Under the pieces are notes generated by a model. The model was given only the letters and a program-made list of their open reading frames with translations, did not search any database and was not told where the DNA came from. Positions 49,701 to 61,930 of a DNA stretch of 64,000 bases are shown in pieces. The position numbers and the translations under genes are program-made. Origin of the DNA: Scyliorhinus canicula (taxonomy: Eukaryota); the NCBI RefSeq assembly GCF_902713615.1, contig NC_052146.1, forward strand, positions 310,016,335 through 310,080,334, written 5' to 3'. Numbering within the stretch: the first letter of the stretch is position 1; the number at the start of each line of letters is the position of its first letter.

Positions 49701-50461
49701 TATTGGAGAGGATTCACTCCCATTTGGAAGCAAGTGGACGTATCAGCGAGACGCAGACTGATTTCGCCAAGGGAGGGGGGGGGGTGGTGGGATTGTGTCT
49801 CACTCACTCGATTAATATTTTTTAAGGAATAAATGAAGTTGAATGGTTAAGGGAGGGCAGTGGATGCTGTCTACGTGGACTTCAGTAAGACCATTGACAA
49901 GTTCCCTAATCGCAGACTGGGACAGTAGGTCACGTCAATTGGGATCAGAGGTGAGCTGGCAAGATGGGTACAGAACTGGCTCGGTCACAGAAGACAGAGG
50001 GGAGCAGTGGAAGGGTGTTTTTCTGAATAGAAGGTTGTGGAGTTCCACAGGAACATTTGCTGTTTGGAGTATACAGAAATGATTTGGAGGAAAATGTAAC
50101 TGATCTGATTAGTAAGTTTGCGGACGACACAAAGGTTGGTGGAATTGCGAATATTGATGAGGATTGTCAGAGGATACAGAAGGATGGAGATCGTTTGGAG
50201 ACTTGGACAGAGAGATGGCAGATGGAGTGTAATCCAGATCAATGTGAGGTATTGCATTTTGGAAGGTCTGATATAGTTGAGAAATAAAGAGTAAATGGCA
50301 GAATCCTGAAGAGTATTGACCAGGCTGAGATATCTGGGGATCCCTATTGGTCAGAGTCATCACTCCTGATGTGAAGTATCCTCCCCACACAATCCATGCT
50401 CATTTCACACACACATTCTCAGCAACCGAGCCATTTCTTTGTCTCCACAATCAAACCATCC

Positions 50462-53400
50462 ATTTTTTTAAAAAAATTTTTATTGAGATTTTCAAAAAAT
50501 ATCAAAAACAGAAAACAACAACAAGAAAACGGTATTAACAAAGAAAAAGAGAAAAAAACCCAATAACCCCCAAAACCAACCCCCCCCCAGCAACTACAAA
50601 AAGAAGAAATAGGTAAGCACCCAGCATATTCAATAAACACATGTAGACATTTCTCCCCTCCCCCGAAACCAACCCTCCCCCTCCCTCCCCCTCCCTCCAC
50701 CTCCCTCCCCCTCCCTCCCCACCCTCCCCCCCTTCCTCCCCTCACCCCCTTCCTCCCCTTCCCTCTCCCCTCCCCCTCCCTCCCCTCCCTCCTCCCCTCC
50801 CCCCACTCCCTCCATCCTCCCTTCCTCCCCCTCCCCCCACACCCCCCCCCCCCCCCCCCCCCCCCCCTCCGCCTCGGGTTGCTGCTGCTGCCGGCCTGTT
50901 TTCCTTCCGTTCTGCCAGGAAGTCAAGGAAGGGCTGCCACCGCCTAAAAAAACCCTGTACTGATCCCCTCGGGGAAATTTCACCCTCTCCAGTTTGATGA
51001 ATCCCGCCATATCATTGATCCAGCCCTCCAGGTCCCTCAACCTCCTAATACCTACCCGGTGCCAGCCGAGAAACCCGCCATCGATGCTCCCTGGTACAAA
51101 CCGGTGGTTCCCCCATATCGGGGACTCCATCGAGGCCCCCACCTCCCCCCATGCCGTTTCCATTGCCCCCAAATTTTGAGGGTAGCCGCCACCACCAGGC
51201 TCGTGGTATACCTCATTGGAGGGAGCGGCAACGGTGCCGTTACCAGCGCCTCCAGGCTTGTGTCCACACAGGACGCCATCTCCATCCTCTTCCATGCTGC
51301 CCCTTCCCCGTCCATTACCCACTTGGCAGCCCAAGAGTACCCACATAGGTTGGGCAGCGCCAGCCCCCCACCTCCTATCCCTGCCCCGCTCCAAAAACAC
51401 CCTTCTCACCCTCTGAGTCCCATGCTCCCATACAAAACCCGTAATACTCCTGTTGACCCTCCTAAAAAAGGCCTTCGGGATAAGGATGGGGAGGCACTGG
51501 AACAGGAACAAAAACCTTGGGAGCACCGTCACCTTGACTGACTGCACCCTGCCCGCCAGCGACAGTGGCAACATGTCCCATCTTTTAAACTCCATCTCCA
51601 TTTGCTCCACCAGCCTAGTGAGGTTAAGTTTGTGTAGGGCCCCCCCAGCTCCTAGCCACCTGGACTCCCAGGTACCTAAAGTTCCTCCCTGCCCTTTTCA
51701 GTGGGAGCCTACCAATCCCCTCCTCTTGATGCCCCAGGTGCACGACGAACAGCTCACTCTTACCCAGGTTGAGCATGTACCCTGAAAAGCCCCCAAATTC
51801 CCTAAGAATCTTCATCACCTCTGGCATTCCCCCCACTGGGTCGCCACATGTAGCAACAAGTCATCTGCGTATAGTGACACTCGGTGCTCCTCCCCACCCC
51901 GACCAGACCCCTCCAATTCCTCGACTCGCTCAATGCCATGGCCAGGGGCTCAATTGCCAACGCAAAGAGCAAGGGGGACAGGGGACACCCCTGTCTCATC
52001 CCCCGGTACAACCGAAAGTACTCCAATCTCCTCCTATTCGTGGCTACGCTCGCCATCGGGGCCTCATATAGCAGCCTCACCCAACTGACAAACCCCTCCC
52101 CGAACCCAAACCTTTCCAGCATCTCCCACAAGTACCCCCACTCAACCCTATCAAAGGTCTTCTCCGCGTCTAATGCTCCCACTATCTCCGCCTCCCCTTC
52201 TGCCGCCGGCATCATTATAACATTCAGAAGCCTACGTATATTGGTGTTCAGCTGCCTTCCCTTCACAAACCCCGTCTGATCCTCATGAATGACCCCCGGC
52301 ACACAGTCCTCTACCCTTGTGGCCAAGATCTTCGCCAACAGCTTGGCATCCACATATAACAGCGAGATCGGCCTATATGATCCACACTGCAGGGGGTCCT
52401 TGTCCCGTTTAATGATCAAGGAAATCAGCGCCCGTGACATAGTCGGGGGCAAAGCCCCCCCCCCCCCTCCCTTGCCTCGTTAAAGGTCCTAACCAACAGG
52501 GGGCCCAGCAGGTCTGCGTACATTTTGTAAAATTCGACGGGAACCCATCCGGCTCCGGCGCCTTCCCCGACTGCATGCTCCCTATCCCTTTGACCAGCTC
52601 CTCCAGCTCAATCTGCTCCCCCAGCCCCTCCACCTGCCCCTCCTCCACCTTCGAAAATCTCAGCCGGTCCAAAAAGCGCCCCATTCCCCCCCACCTCCAC
52701 CGGGGGCTCGGACCGGTATAATTCCCCATAAAAGTCCCTGAAGACCCATTAATGTCCACCCCCCTTTCCTACCACATTTCCTCCCCTATCCGTCACTCCA
52801 CCAATCTCCCTGGCTGCGTCCCGCTTACGGAGCTGATGCGCCAGCATCCTACTCGCCTTCCCCCCATATTTGTACACCACTCCCTGTGCCTTCCTCCACT
52901 GAGCTTCCGCCTTTCTGGTGGTCAGCAAGTCGAACTTGGCCTGAAGATTACGCCGCTCTCACAGCAATCCCTCCTCCGGAGCCTCCGCGTATCTCCTGTC
53001 CACCCTCACCATCTCCCCCACCAACCTCTCCCTCTCTCTTTGCTCTCCCCTCTCCCTATGGGCTCGGATGGAAATCAACTCCCCTCTAATCACCGCCTTC
53101 AATGCCTCCCAAACCGTCCCCACCCGGACCTCCCCGTTATCATTGGCCTCAAAGTACCTCTTGATACACCCCCGAACCCGCCCATCCACCTTCTCAACCG
53201 CCAGCAGCCCTACCTCCAGGCGCCAGAGCGGGTGCTGGTCCCTCTCCTCCCCCAGCTCAAGGTCCACCCAGTACGGGGCATGATCCGAAATGACTATGGC
53301 CAAATACTCGACATCCTCCACCCTCGAAATCAGCCCCCTGCTCAGAACAAAAAAGTCTATCTGGGAATAGGCTTCATTCACGTGGGAGAATAATGAATAC

Positions 53401-54380
53401 TCCCTGGCCCTCGGCCTCGCGAACCTCCAAGGATCCACCCCTCCCATCTGGTCCATAAACGCCCTCAACACATTAGCCGCCGCAGGCCTCCTGCCCGTCC
53501 TGGAAATGGGTCGATCCAATGGGGGATCCAGCACTGTATTAAAGTCCCCCCCACCCAATATCAGGCCCCCCGTCTCCAGATCCGGAATGCGGCCCAACAT
53601 GCGCCGCATAAAACCCGCATCGTCCCAATTTGGGGCATAGACATTCACCAGCACCACCCGCTCCCCCTGCAGCTTGCCGCTCACTATCACATACCTCCCG
53701 CCACTGTCAGCCACCACCTTTGACGCCTCAAACGACACCCTTTTTCCCACCAGAATCGCCACCCCCCGATTTTTTGCATCCAGCCCCGAATGAAACGCTT
53801 GGCCTACCCAGTCCTTCCTCAGTCTAACCTGGTCCGCCACCTTCAGGTGCATCTCCTGGAGCATAGCCACGTCTGCCTTCAGCCCCTTCAAGTACGTAAA
53901 CAACCGGGCCCGTTTGACCGGCCCATTCAGTCCCCTCACATTCCAAGTTATCAGCCGGATCAGAGGGCTCCCTGCCCCCCTCCCCTGCCGACTAGCCATA
54001 ACCCATCCCCTGCCCGCCCCAGGCCAGTGGCCCCCGCTCGGCCCGTTCCCCACTGCGGCAAACCCCCACCCGCCCCCCCCGCATACCCCAGCTCCTTCCT
54101 GGCCATTTCAGCAGCAACCCGGTACCCGCCCATTCACCCCCCCACTCTTTCCCCCCCACCCCCCCCCCCCCCACCCCCCCAGGCTTGGACCCCTCCCAAC
54201 CGCGTTACTCCTTCTATAGCTCTCCCGTGAGCCTGCTAAGTTCTGCTGACCCCGGCGGCTCCCGCCACACCTCCGACCCCTCCCTACGTGGGGCTACTAC
54301 TCCTCCCCCATACCCATCAGCAGACCCTCCACCTCCCCCTCCCGCTCTCGCGCGGGAAAAAAGGCCGCGCTTCTCAGCTC
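50462..54380 (-). mobile_element. 5'-truncated L1/Tx1-clade LINE
   Basis: EN ORF 52959-54053 (ITWNVRGLN, LQEMHL, VNVYAPN, GDFN, SDHAP); RT ORF 51802-52452 (YRPISLL, QTGFVKGR, RQGCPLSPLLF); A-rich tail near 50462. Confidence 0.9.
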
Positions 54381-54573
54381 CCTCAGGATAAAGCCAGAGA
54401 TGTGGAACTTTGGGGAATTGCTGAAGCTGAGCTCAGCTTCTTCCCCACAGTGAACCCATCAGTAAGATCACTTTACATCACCTCCTAGCTCTTCATCATC
54501 ACAAACTCATCTCCAATTCACTCATCTGGAAGAGTTTATTGCTGTGGGTAATTGGAATGAAAACTCTACTTAC

Positions 54574-54918
54574 TGGTTACAATCAGCCGGCTTCCATTCC
54601 CATAGATCTCTCTCCACACTGAGCAGTAATAGACGGCAGTGTCACTGGGCTGCACGTTGCTGATTGTCAGGATGAAGCTGTTGGAGTCGATGTGTCTGGA
54701 AGGCAGGAAACGCTCAGAGAAACCTGGAGACCGGTCTACGTCATTCTGTGTACTATACAGTAAAATCCACTCCGTCTGTTCCCCTGGCCGCTCCCGGTCC
54801 CAGTGAACATTTCTGTATCTCACTGTGGCGTTCTGCATGGAGCACTGTAACCGTGCAGTCTGACCCTCTGTGACATGTCCCACACTCGGAGACTGGATAA
54901 GGACTGGATCAGTCGCAC
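54574..54918 (-). CDS. Ig V-set exon with germline-joined J-like segment (V2)
   Basis: Same splice sites as V1; 345 nt, open. GATDPVLIQSPSVGHVTEGQTARLQCSMQNATVRYRNVHWDRERPGEQTEWILLYSTQNDVDRSPGFSERFLPSRHIDSNSFILTISNVQPSDTAVYYCSVWREIYGNGSRLIVT. Confidence 0.95.
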
Positions 54919-55986
54919 CTTTCAGAGAAAAACAAAATCAGTGAGTTAAATTCTGAGCTGAAAGTTTGCTGTGAGTATTTAAAGGGACAGTCCAGGCAGT
55001 AGAAGTTCTGTGTTAAAGAGAGGAAACAGCTTCTGAGACTGATCTAGTTGTGTTAGTTTGTTAATGATTTCTATCCTGGGGGTTACTCTGTGCTGATCTC
55101 AGCAGTACAGATGTGTTGATATAATTGTGAAATGCAATATTGTTCTCACACTGTGGAACAGCTCTCTCAAACACACTGACCTCTCCCAGTTAGTGTCTAA
55201 ATGAATTCCTGGGATGTGGGTGTCGCTGGCTAGGCCAGCTTTTATTACCCATCCCTAATTGCCCTGAAGGAGGCGGTGGTGAGCTGCCTTCTTGAACTGC
55301 TGCAGTCCATGGAGATTGGAGCTATCTTTACTGAACCAATAGTGGGAGAGTGTTTCTCACAATGGGAAGCAGGTTTGGGAATTAGAATGGGAAGTGTCTG
55401 CAACATTCGAGCAGACAGTCAGACATTTAAAGGGACAGGACCACCCCACGGATCAACAGAACCACAGCCTATTGGGTTTGTGAAAACTGAGGCCTCTCCA
55501 CAGGTTAGGGTCACGGGGGTCAGATTGGGAGGAATGGCGTCTCTATCCCTCCATTCCTCAGGGACTGGGACCTTTACCAGCTGCCACTGCAACACGGTGG
55601 GCATAGGAGTGGGGGTAACTGAGAGAGACTGGAAATAAATCTGAGGGAACCAAACCCTGTCCCTCCAACTGACAGTTTTAATATTGGTAAAGGGCACGGA
55701 GCCAGTGGGGGTCCCAGGTGAGGCAAATCGAGGGGAATACAGCTCAGGGAGTGAGTGAGTCAGTGGATCTCTCAGGAAGGTGTTGGGTGGCACAGTGGTG
55801 AGCACTGCTGCCTCAATCTGCCAGGGACCCGGGTTCAATTCCGGCCTCAGTTGACGGTTTTGAGTTTGTACATTCTCCCCGTGTCTGTGTGGGTTTCCTC
55901 CGGGAGCTCCGGGTTCCTCCCACATTCCAGAGATGTGCAGGTTAGGTGGCTTGGCCATGTGCGGGGTTACCGGGATAGGACGGGGA

Positions 55987-56334
55987 TAGAACATAGAACA
56001 GTACAGCACAGAACAGGCCCTTCGGCCCTCGATGTTGTGCCGAGCAATGATCATCCTACTCAAACCCACGTATCCACCCTATACCCGTAATCCAACAACC
56101 CCCCCCCGCCCCCCAACCTTACTTTTCAGGACTCAACGGGCAATTTAGCATGGCCAATCCACCTAACACGCACATCTGTGGACTGTGGGAGGAAACCGGA
56201 GCACCCGGAGGAAACCCACGCACACACGGGAGGACGTGCAGACTCCGCGCAGACAGTGACCCAGCCAGGAATCGAACCTGGGACCCTGGAGCTGTGAAGC
56301 ATTTATGCTAACCACCATGCTACCGTGCTGCCCC
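55987..56334 (-). mobile_element. HE1/V-type SINE nested in an older SINE
   Basis: Full-length minus-strand copy splitting the plus-strand SINE at 55785-56400; absent from the unit A paralogue (44548-44845). Confidence 0.85.
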
Positions 56335-58409
56335 GATAGGATAGGACGGGGGAGTGAGCCTGGGTGCAGTGGTCTGTCACTGCAGACTCCGATGGGCACC
56401 AAAGTGGAGAGTTTGGTGATGGGAGGGAGCAGAGAATCCAACAGGAGAGGAAAAGCCGGAAACCCACGGGTATAAAAAAGTTTGTAATTCTCCGAAAGGA
56501 GGATTAATGAAATGAAATGAAATGAAAATCGCTTATTGTCACAAGTAGGCTTCAATGAAGTTACTGTGAAAAGCCCCTAGTGGCAGCTCAGTTATCCTGC
56601 TGCCTGGTGGTGTGATTGCAATTCGCTTTCATTTGCATCTCATGAATACTCAATTTAACAGTAGCTCGTCAATATCCCATCAGGCCTTCCTATCGTCCAT
56701 CACACCAACGGGAAATCATGTCGGCCTCAAACCCGATTGAAAGAGAGGCATGAACGAGATGGACCTCAGTTCCCTAGAGATGTTGAGGTGAGTAACACAC
56801 AGATCCTGCCTCCCATAGCGCTGCGTCACTCCTGTTACACTCAGCACCTCTCTGCTGAGGCCACTAGTTTGTGCCCTTCAGCTCCAAGCAGAGCTGGTCT
56901 TTATGGGCAGAATGTGCTGCGGGACCCATGGACCCTCCACTCCAATTGTTCTACATTCCCCCGGAGGTGTGGTACGTGGTGAGGGGGTTGCTGAGGTAGA
57001 CAAGGGGGGCAATGAGGAAGGAGGTGTGTGCAAGAGCGGGTGGAGAGGAGGGGATGGGGCAGGGTGGGAATGTCCATCACCACAGCAACTGGATCCACAA
57101 CATCTGCTGCGATGGTTGCTGGGGGTTCAGGGCTGCCCACTTTAACATTGGCTGATGACTCTGGTGCATCAGCCTCAGACTGGAGCTGAGGAGAGGTACA
57201 ACGCTGCTCACACCTCCACACACTCCCTCAGAGAGCAGATCATCGTATCTCTGAAGATGCCACAGAAAGGAAAAGATGAAAAGTGATAGGCAGAGAAGTC
57301 AATGCCCTGTGTTTGATAATGACGCTGTAAAAAAGTGTAGGGATGAACAAGGAACGTTGAAAGGACTAACCTTAAGGTTTTATACCTGAACGTGGAGATC
57401 ATTTGAAATAATGGATGAATTAGTTGTGCAGATAGATGGAAAGGGATTGGACCACTAAAAAATGAGGCTGAAGAAGTAATAATAGGAAACAAAGAAATGG
57501 CAGAGGAACTGAATAGTTACTTTGCTTCAGATTTCATGGTGGGAGACACCAGTGGGATGCCAGAGCTCCAGGAGAATCAGGGGCAGAGGTGAGTGTCATG
57601 GCCATCGCTAAGGAGAAGGTTCTGGGGAAACTGAAAGGTCTGAAGGTCAATATATCACCTGCACCGGATTGACCGCACCCCAGCATTCTAAAAGAGATAG
57701 CTGAGGAGATTGCAGAGGCATTGCTGATGATCTTTCAGGAACCAATGTTGGCAGGGAGGGCCCCAGTGAACTGGAAAGTGGCTAATGTAACACCGCTGTT
57801 TAAGAAGGGAGGGAGGCAGAAGACGGGAATTTATAGGCTGATAGCTTGACTTCAGTCATTGGTAAGATTTTAGAGTCCATTATTAAAGATGAGATCGCGG
57901 AGTATTTGGAAGTGCATGGTAAAATAGGACTGAGTCAGCACGGCTTCGTCAAGGGGAGGTCATGTCTGACAAATCTGTTAGAGTTCTTTGAGGAGATAAC
58001 AAGGAGTTAGACAAAGGAGAACCAGTGGACATGATTTATTTAGATTTCCAGAAGGCCTTTGACAAGCTGCCGCATAGGAGACTGTTAAAGAAGTTAAGAG
58101 CCCATGGTGTTCAGGGTAAGATCCTGGTATGGATTGAGGATTGGCTGACTGGCAGAAGGCAGACGGGGGGAATAAAGGGTCTCTTTCAGGATGGCAGCCG
58201 GTGACTAGTGATGTGCCTCAGGGGTCTGTGCTGGGACCACAGCTTTTCACAATATACATTAATGATCTGGAGGAAGGAACTGAAGGCACTGTTGCTAAGT
58301 TTGCAGATGAAACAAAGGATATGTAGAGGGACAGGTACTATTGAGGAAACGGGGTGCTGCAGAAGGACTTGGACAGGCTGGGAGAGTGGGCAAAGATGTA
58401 GAATACTGA

Positions 58410-58850
58410 TGTACCGTCAATTGCCATGAGACGAGAATGGTGAAACAATCTAGGCTTTACTACACACGATGCTGTGCCTTCTGCAGCTGGAACCAGAATA
58501 TGAGCAGCGCAGGAGAGCATACACTTTTATACACCGCCTGCTGGGAGGAGCCAGCAGGCAGGGATTTACCGTAGTACCTGTAATACACAGGCAGTGCCGT
58601 AATACATGCAATATATCACTGGTGGTGTTTACCACATTCACCCCCTGTTTAAAAAAGTGTCCGGCGGGGGTGACGAAAACAGATTAAGTCTGTCGGGGGC
58701 TTTGACCCTCCGCTGTGACTGCCTCAGTCCTGGTGGTGATGTGGACATCGACCTGGCCACCTGCGACTCCGGGAGCATGTTGTCCTCATTTTCGTCACCA
58801 CTGAGTGGATCCAGGAGAAGGCGACACTCGAAGGGATCAAGGCAAAGTGG
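58410..58850 (-). mobile_element. Gypsy 3' LTR and integrase tail remnant
   Basis: Minus-strand ...RRVKAPDRLNL stop, purine tract CAGGGGGTGAA, then TGTGGTAAAC LTR; related to the 14772-14997 LTR. Confidence 0.7.
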
Positions 58851-59390
58851 GAGGAAGAGTTGGGAGATGGTATGGAGAAGCGGTTCTGGTGTGAGGTGCT
58901 CCGGAGGGTGAACGCCTCCACCTCGTGTGCGAGGTTGGGACTGATACAGCTGAAGGTGGTATATAGAGCGCACCTTACAAGGGCGAGGATGAGCCGGCTC
59001 TGTGAGGGGGTAGAAGATGTGTGTGAACGTTGCGGGGGAGGCCCCGCAAACCATGTTCATATGTTTTGGTCCAGTCCAAAGCTGGAGGATTACTGGAAGG
59101 AGGTGTTTAGGGGAATCTCTAAAGTGGTGCACGTGAAACTGGACCCGGGCCCTCGGGAGGCTAATCGATTCCTGTACCAGCCTCCCCGAACAGGCGCCGG
59201 AATGTGGCGACTAGGGGCTTTTCACAGTAACTTCATTTGAAGCCTACTTGTGACAATAAGCAATTTTCATTTCATTTTTCATGCTCTCCTGCGCTGCTTC
59301 CATTCTGATTCCAGCTGCAGGAGGCACAACATCTTGTGCAATAAAGCCTCAATTGTTTCACCATTCTCGCCTCGTGGTAATTGACGGTAC

Positions 59391-61930
59391 ATCACTCCGA
59401 ATGTTCGAAAAGAGCTGCCTCGCTCTCACAAACCTGGTCTGATCTTCACCTATCACCTTTGGGAGGCACTCCTCCAGCCTACCTGCCAGTTCCTTCGCCA
59501 ATATCTTTGCGTCCATGTTTAAAAGTGATATGGGCCTATACGACCCACATTCTGTTGGATCCTTATCTTTCTTAAGTAACAGAGTAATCGATGCCTGCCC
59601 CAAGGTTTGTGGTAACACCCCCTTCCCTATCGCCTCCTCAAACATCCCCACCATCAGCGATACCAGCTTATTTTTGAATTTTTTATAATATTCCACCAGA
59701 AACCCATCCGGCCCTGCCACCTTCCCTGACTGCATCCTCCCAAACTCACCTTCTATCTCCTGCTCCATTATCGCCCCCTCTAAAGTAGCCCTGTCCCCCT
59801 CCCCTTACCTCGGGTACTCCAGCCCATCTACAAATTCCTGCATCTCCCGGCCTCCCCCAGGTGGCTCTGACCTGTACAATCTCTCATAGAATTCCTTATA
59901 GACCTTGTTAGTCTGATCTGGAGCTACCACCAACGTCCCTGCCCTGTCCCGCACCTGGACAATTTCCCTTGCTGCAGCCTCCCTACGGAGCTGACCTGTC
60001 AACATGTGGCCCGCCTTCTCTCCATGCTCCTAAACTGCCCCCCTTGCTCACCTCAATTGGCGTACCGCCTTCCTGGTGGATAGTCGGTCAAAGCTCGCCT
60101 GGAGTTCCTTCCTCTTTCCCAACTGCGCTGGGTCCCTATCTTCTACATACCTCCTGTCTACCTCCAGCATCTCATCTATTACCCTCTGACGTTCCAACCT
60201 CTCCTCTTTGTCTAGCCTAGCCTTGAACGAGATCACCTCACCCCTCACCACCGCCTTTAAAGCCTCCCAGACTACCGCCTTTGACACCTCACCCTTGCAG
60301 TTAAAACATAGATATTCCTCGATTACTTTTTCAATTTTGTCACAGAATCCTCGGTCTCCCAACAATCCCACATCCAACTTCCATCCTGGTCTCTGTACCA
60401 TCCCCTTGTCCAGTACCAGATCAACCTAATGCGGAGCATGATCTGATATTGCAATTGCCGAGTACTCCGACCCTTTAACTCCAGCCAGCAGCGCATTCCC
60501 CACCATGAAAAAGTCAATCCACGAGTACACCTTATGGACCGCTGAGAAAAACGAGTATTCCTACTCCCTCGGGTGCAGAAACCTCCAAGGGTCCATCGCT
60601 CCCATTCCCACCATCAGCCCAGCCAGTGCCTTTGCCCCCCCTGACGGGGCCAGCGAGCGCGGCCGTGATCTGTCCAAGTTTGGCTCCTGCACCAAGTTCC
60701 AGTCCCGACCCACTATCAGTTTGTGTGTGTCCAAGTCAGGAATGGCCCCACACACCTTCTTTGCAAATCCTACATCGTCCCAATTGGGACCATATACACT
60801 TACCAGAGCCACTCGCCTCCCCTCCAGCTCCTCCTCTCCTACCTACCCACCTGATCTGCCCCCACCTTCTCTATCTGGAACCGTACCCTTTTGCTGACCA
60901 TCACCCCTACCCCTCGAGCTCTTCCGTCAAATCCAGAATGAAACACCTGACTAACCCAGCCCATAGTCTCACTTTGTCCTTCACCCTCAGGTGAGTCTCG
61001 TGCAGCATTGCTACATCGGCCATCAAACTTTTAAGATGCGCCAGCACCCTTGACCTATTGACTGGGCCTCCCAGCCCCCTCACGTTCCACGTGATTATCC
61101 TAACTGGGGGTCTCTCACCACCCCCCCCCTTCTTATCCACCATCATCATACCACCAGGCCCTGCCCCGTAAGCCTGACCCGTCCTTTTCCATTATGAACA
61201 TCGAACCCCCTCCCCCCATGTCGGTGAAAAGAAAGTTATAACATTTATACATTTTCCAGCTCCCCAATCACAGTCCACGATCTCACTTCCAGCTCCACTC
61301 CTCACTTCTGACCCAAGAAGTCTGCCTTCATGAACGCCTCAGCCGCCTCCACCCTTTTAAACTAAAAATCTTTGGCTTTGTACGTCACCCTCAGCTTTGC
61401 CGGGTATACCGTACCATGCGTCATGGCCTCCTCCACTTCCTTCATCTTCTCGCCCTGTTCTCTCACCTCAGCCGATGTCTTTGCCACATCCACCCTCACC
61501 GGGGCGATTGCCTCCTCCACCAATGATCTCAGTGCGACCGCCATCTCCTTCCTCAACGCCTCCATGTGCCTCGCAAACTGCTTATCCAGCTCCACAGCCA
61601 TCACCTGGGTCATCCTTCCCACTGTAAGCAGTGCGGCCCCACCACAGGGTCTGTAGCCATCTGGGATGGCCACTTCCAGAATACAAGATGGATGCTCGCA
61701 AAGACTGTCGGGTACTATGGACAATGTTAAGAAAGCAAGCAGGCACAGAGCCTGTCTGCGTATTGGAGAAGGCAGCTCCCAGACGAGACAGAAACTGTAG
61801 ATCAATTGACATATTGATGGCCCATCTCTGGGAACAAAGGAAAGACACTCAAGCAACCGATCTAGCTCCAGACACCCCGGAGCCAGTTCCCCAAACCAAA
61901 AGCATAAACAAAGCAAGGCCAACAGTCACC
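59391..61930 (-). mobile_element. Second L1/Tx1-clade LINE fragment (ORF1 remnant, EN, RT start)
   Basis: ORFs 61362-61922 (YPAKLRVTY), 60907-61149 (ITWNVRGL), 60561-60812, 60048-60401 and 59358-59768 (YRPISLLN). Confidence 0.85.

Larger units (their letters stand above)
47790..58640. repeat. Segmental tandem duplication, unit B (contains V exon 54574-54918 and an L1 insertion)
   Basis: Collinear with unit A; junction at ...ccctagccc|atatcacagctgtactg near 47790. Confidence 0.85.

Noticed and set aside
50419-50880. Gly/Glu-rich ORFs across the C-rich tract
   Set aside because: Low-complexity L1 3' UTR; the ORFs are compositional artefacts.
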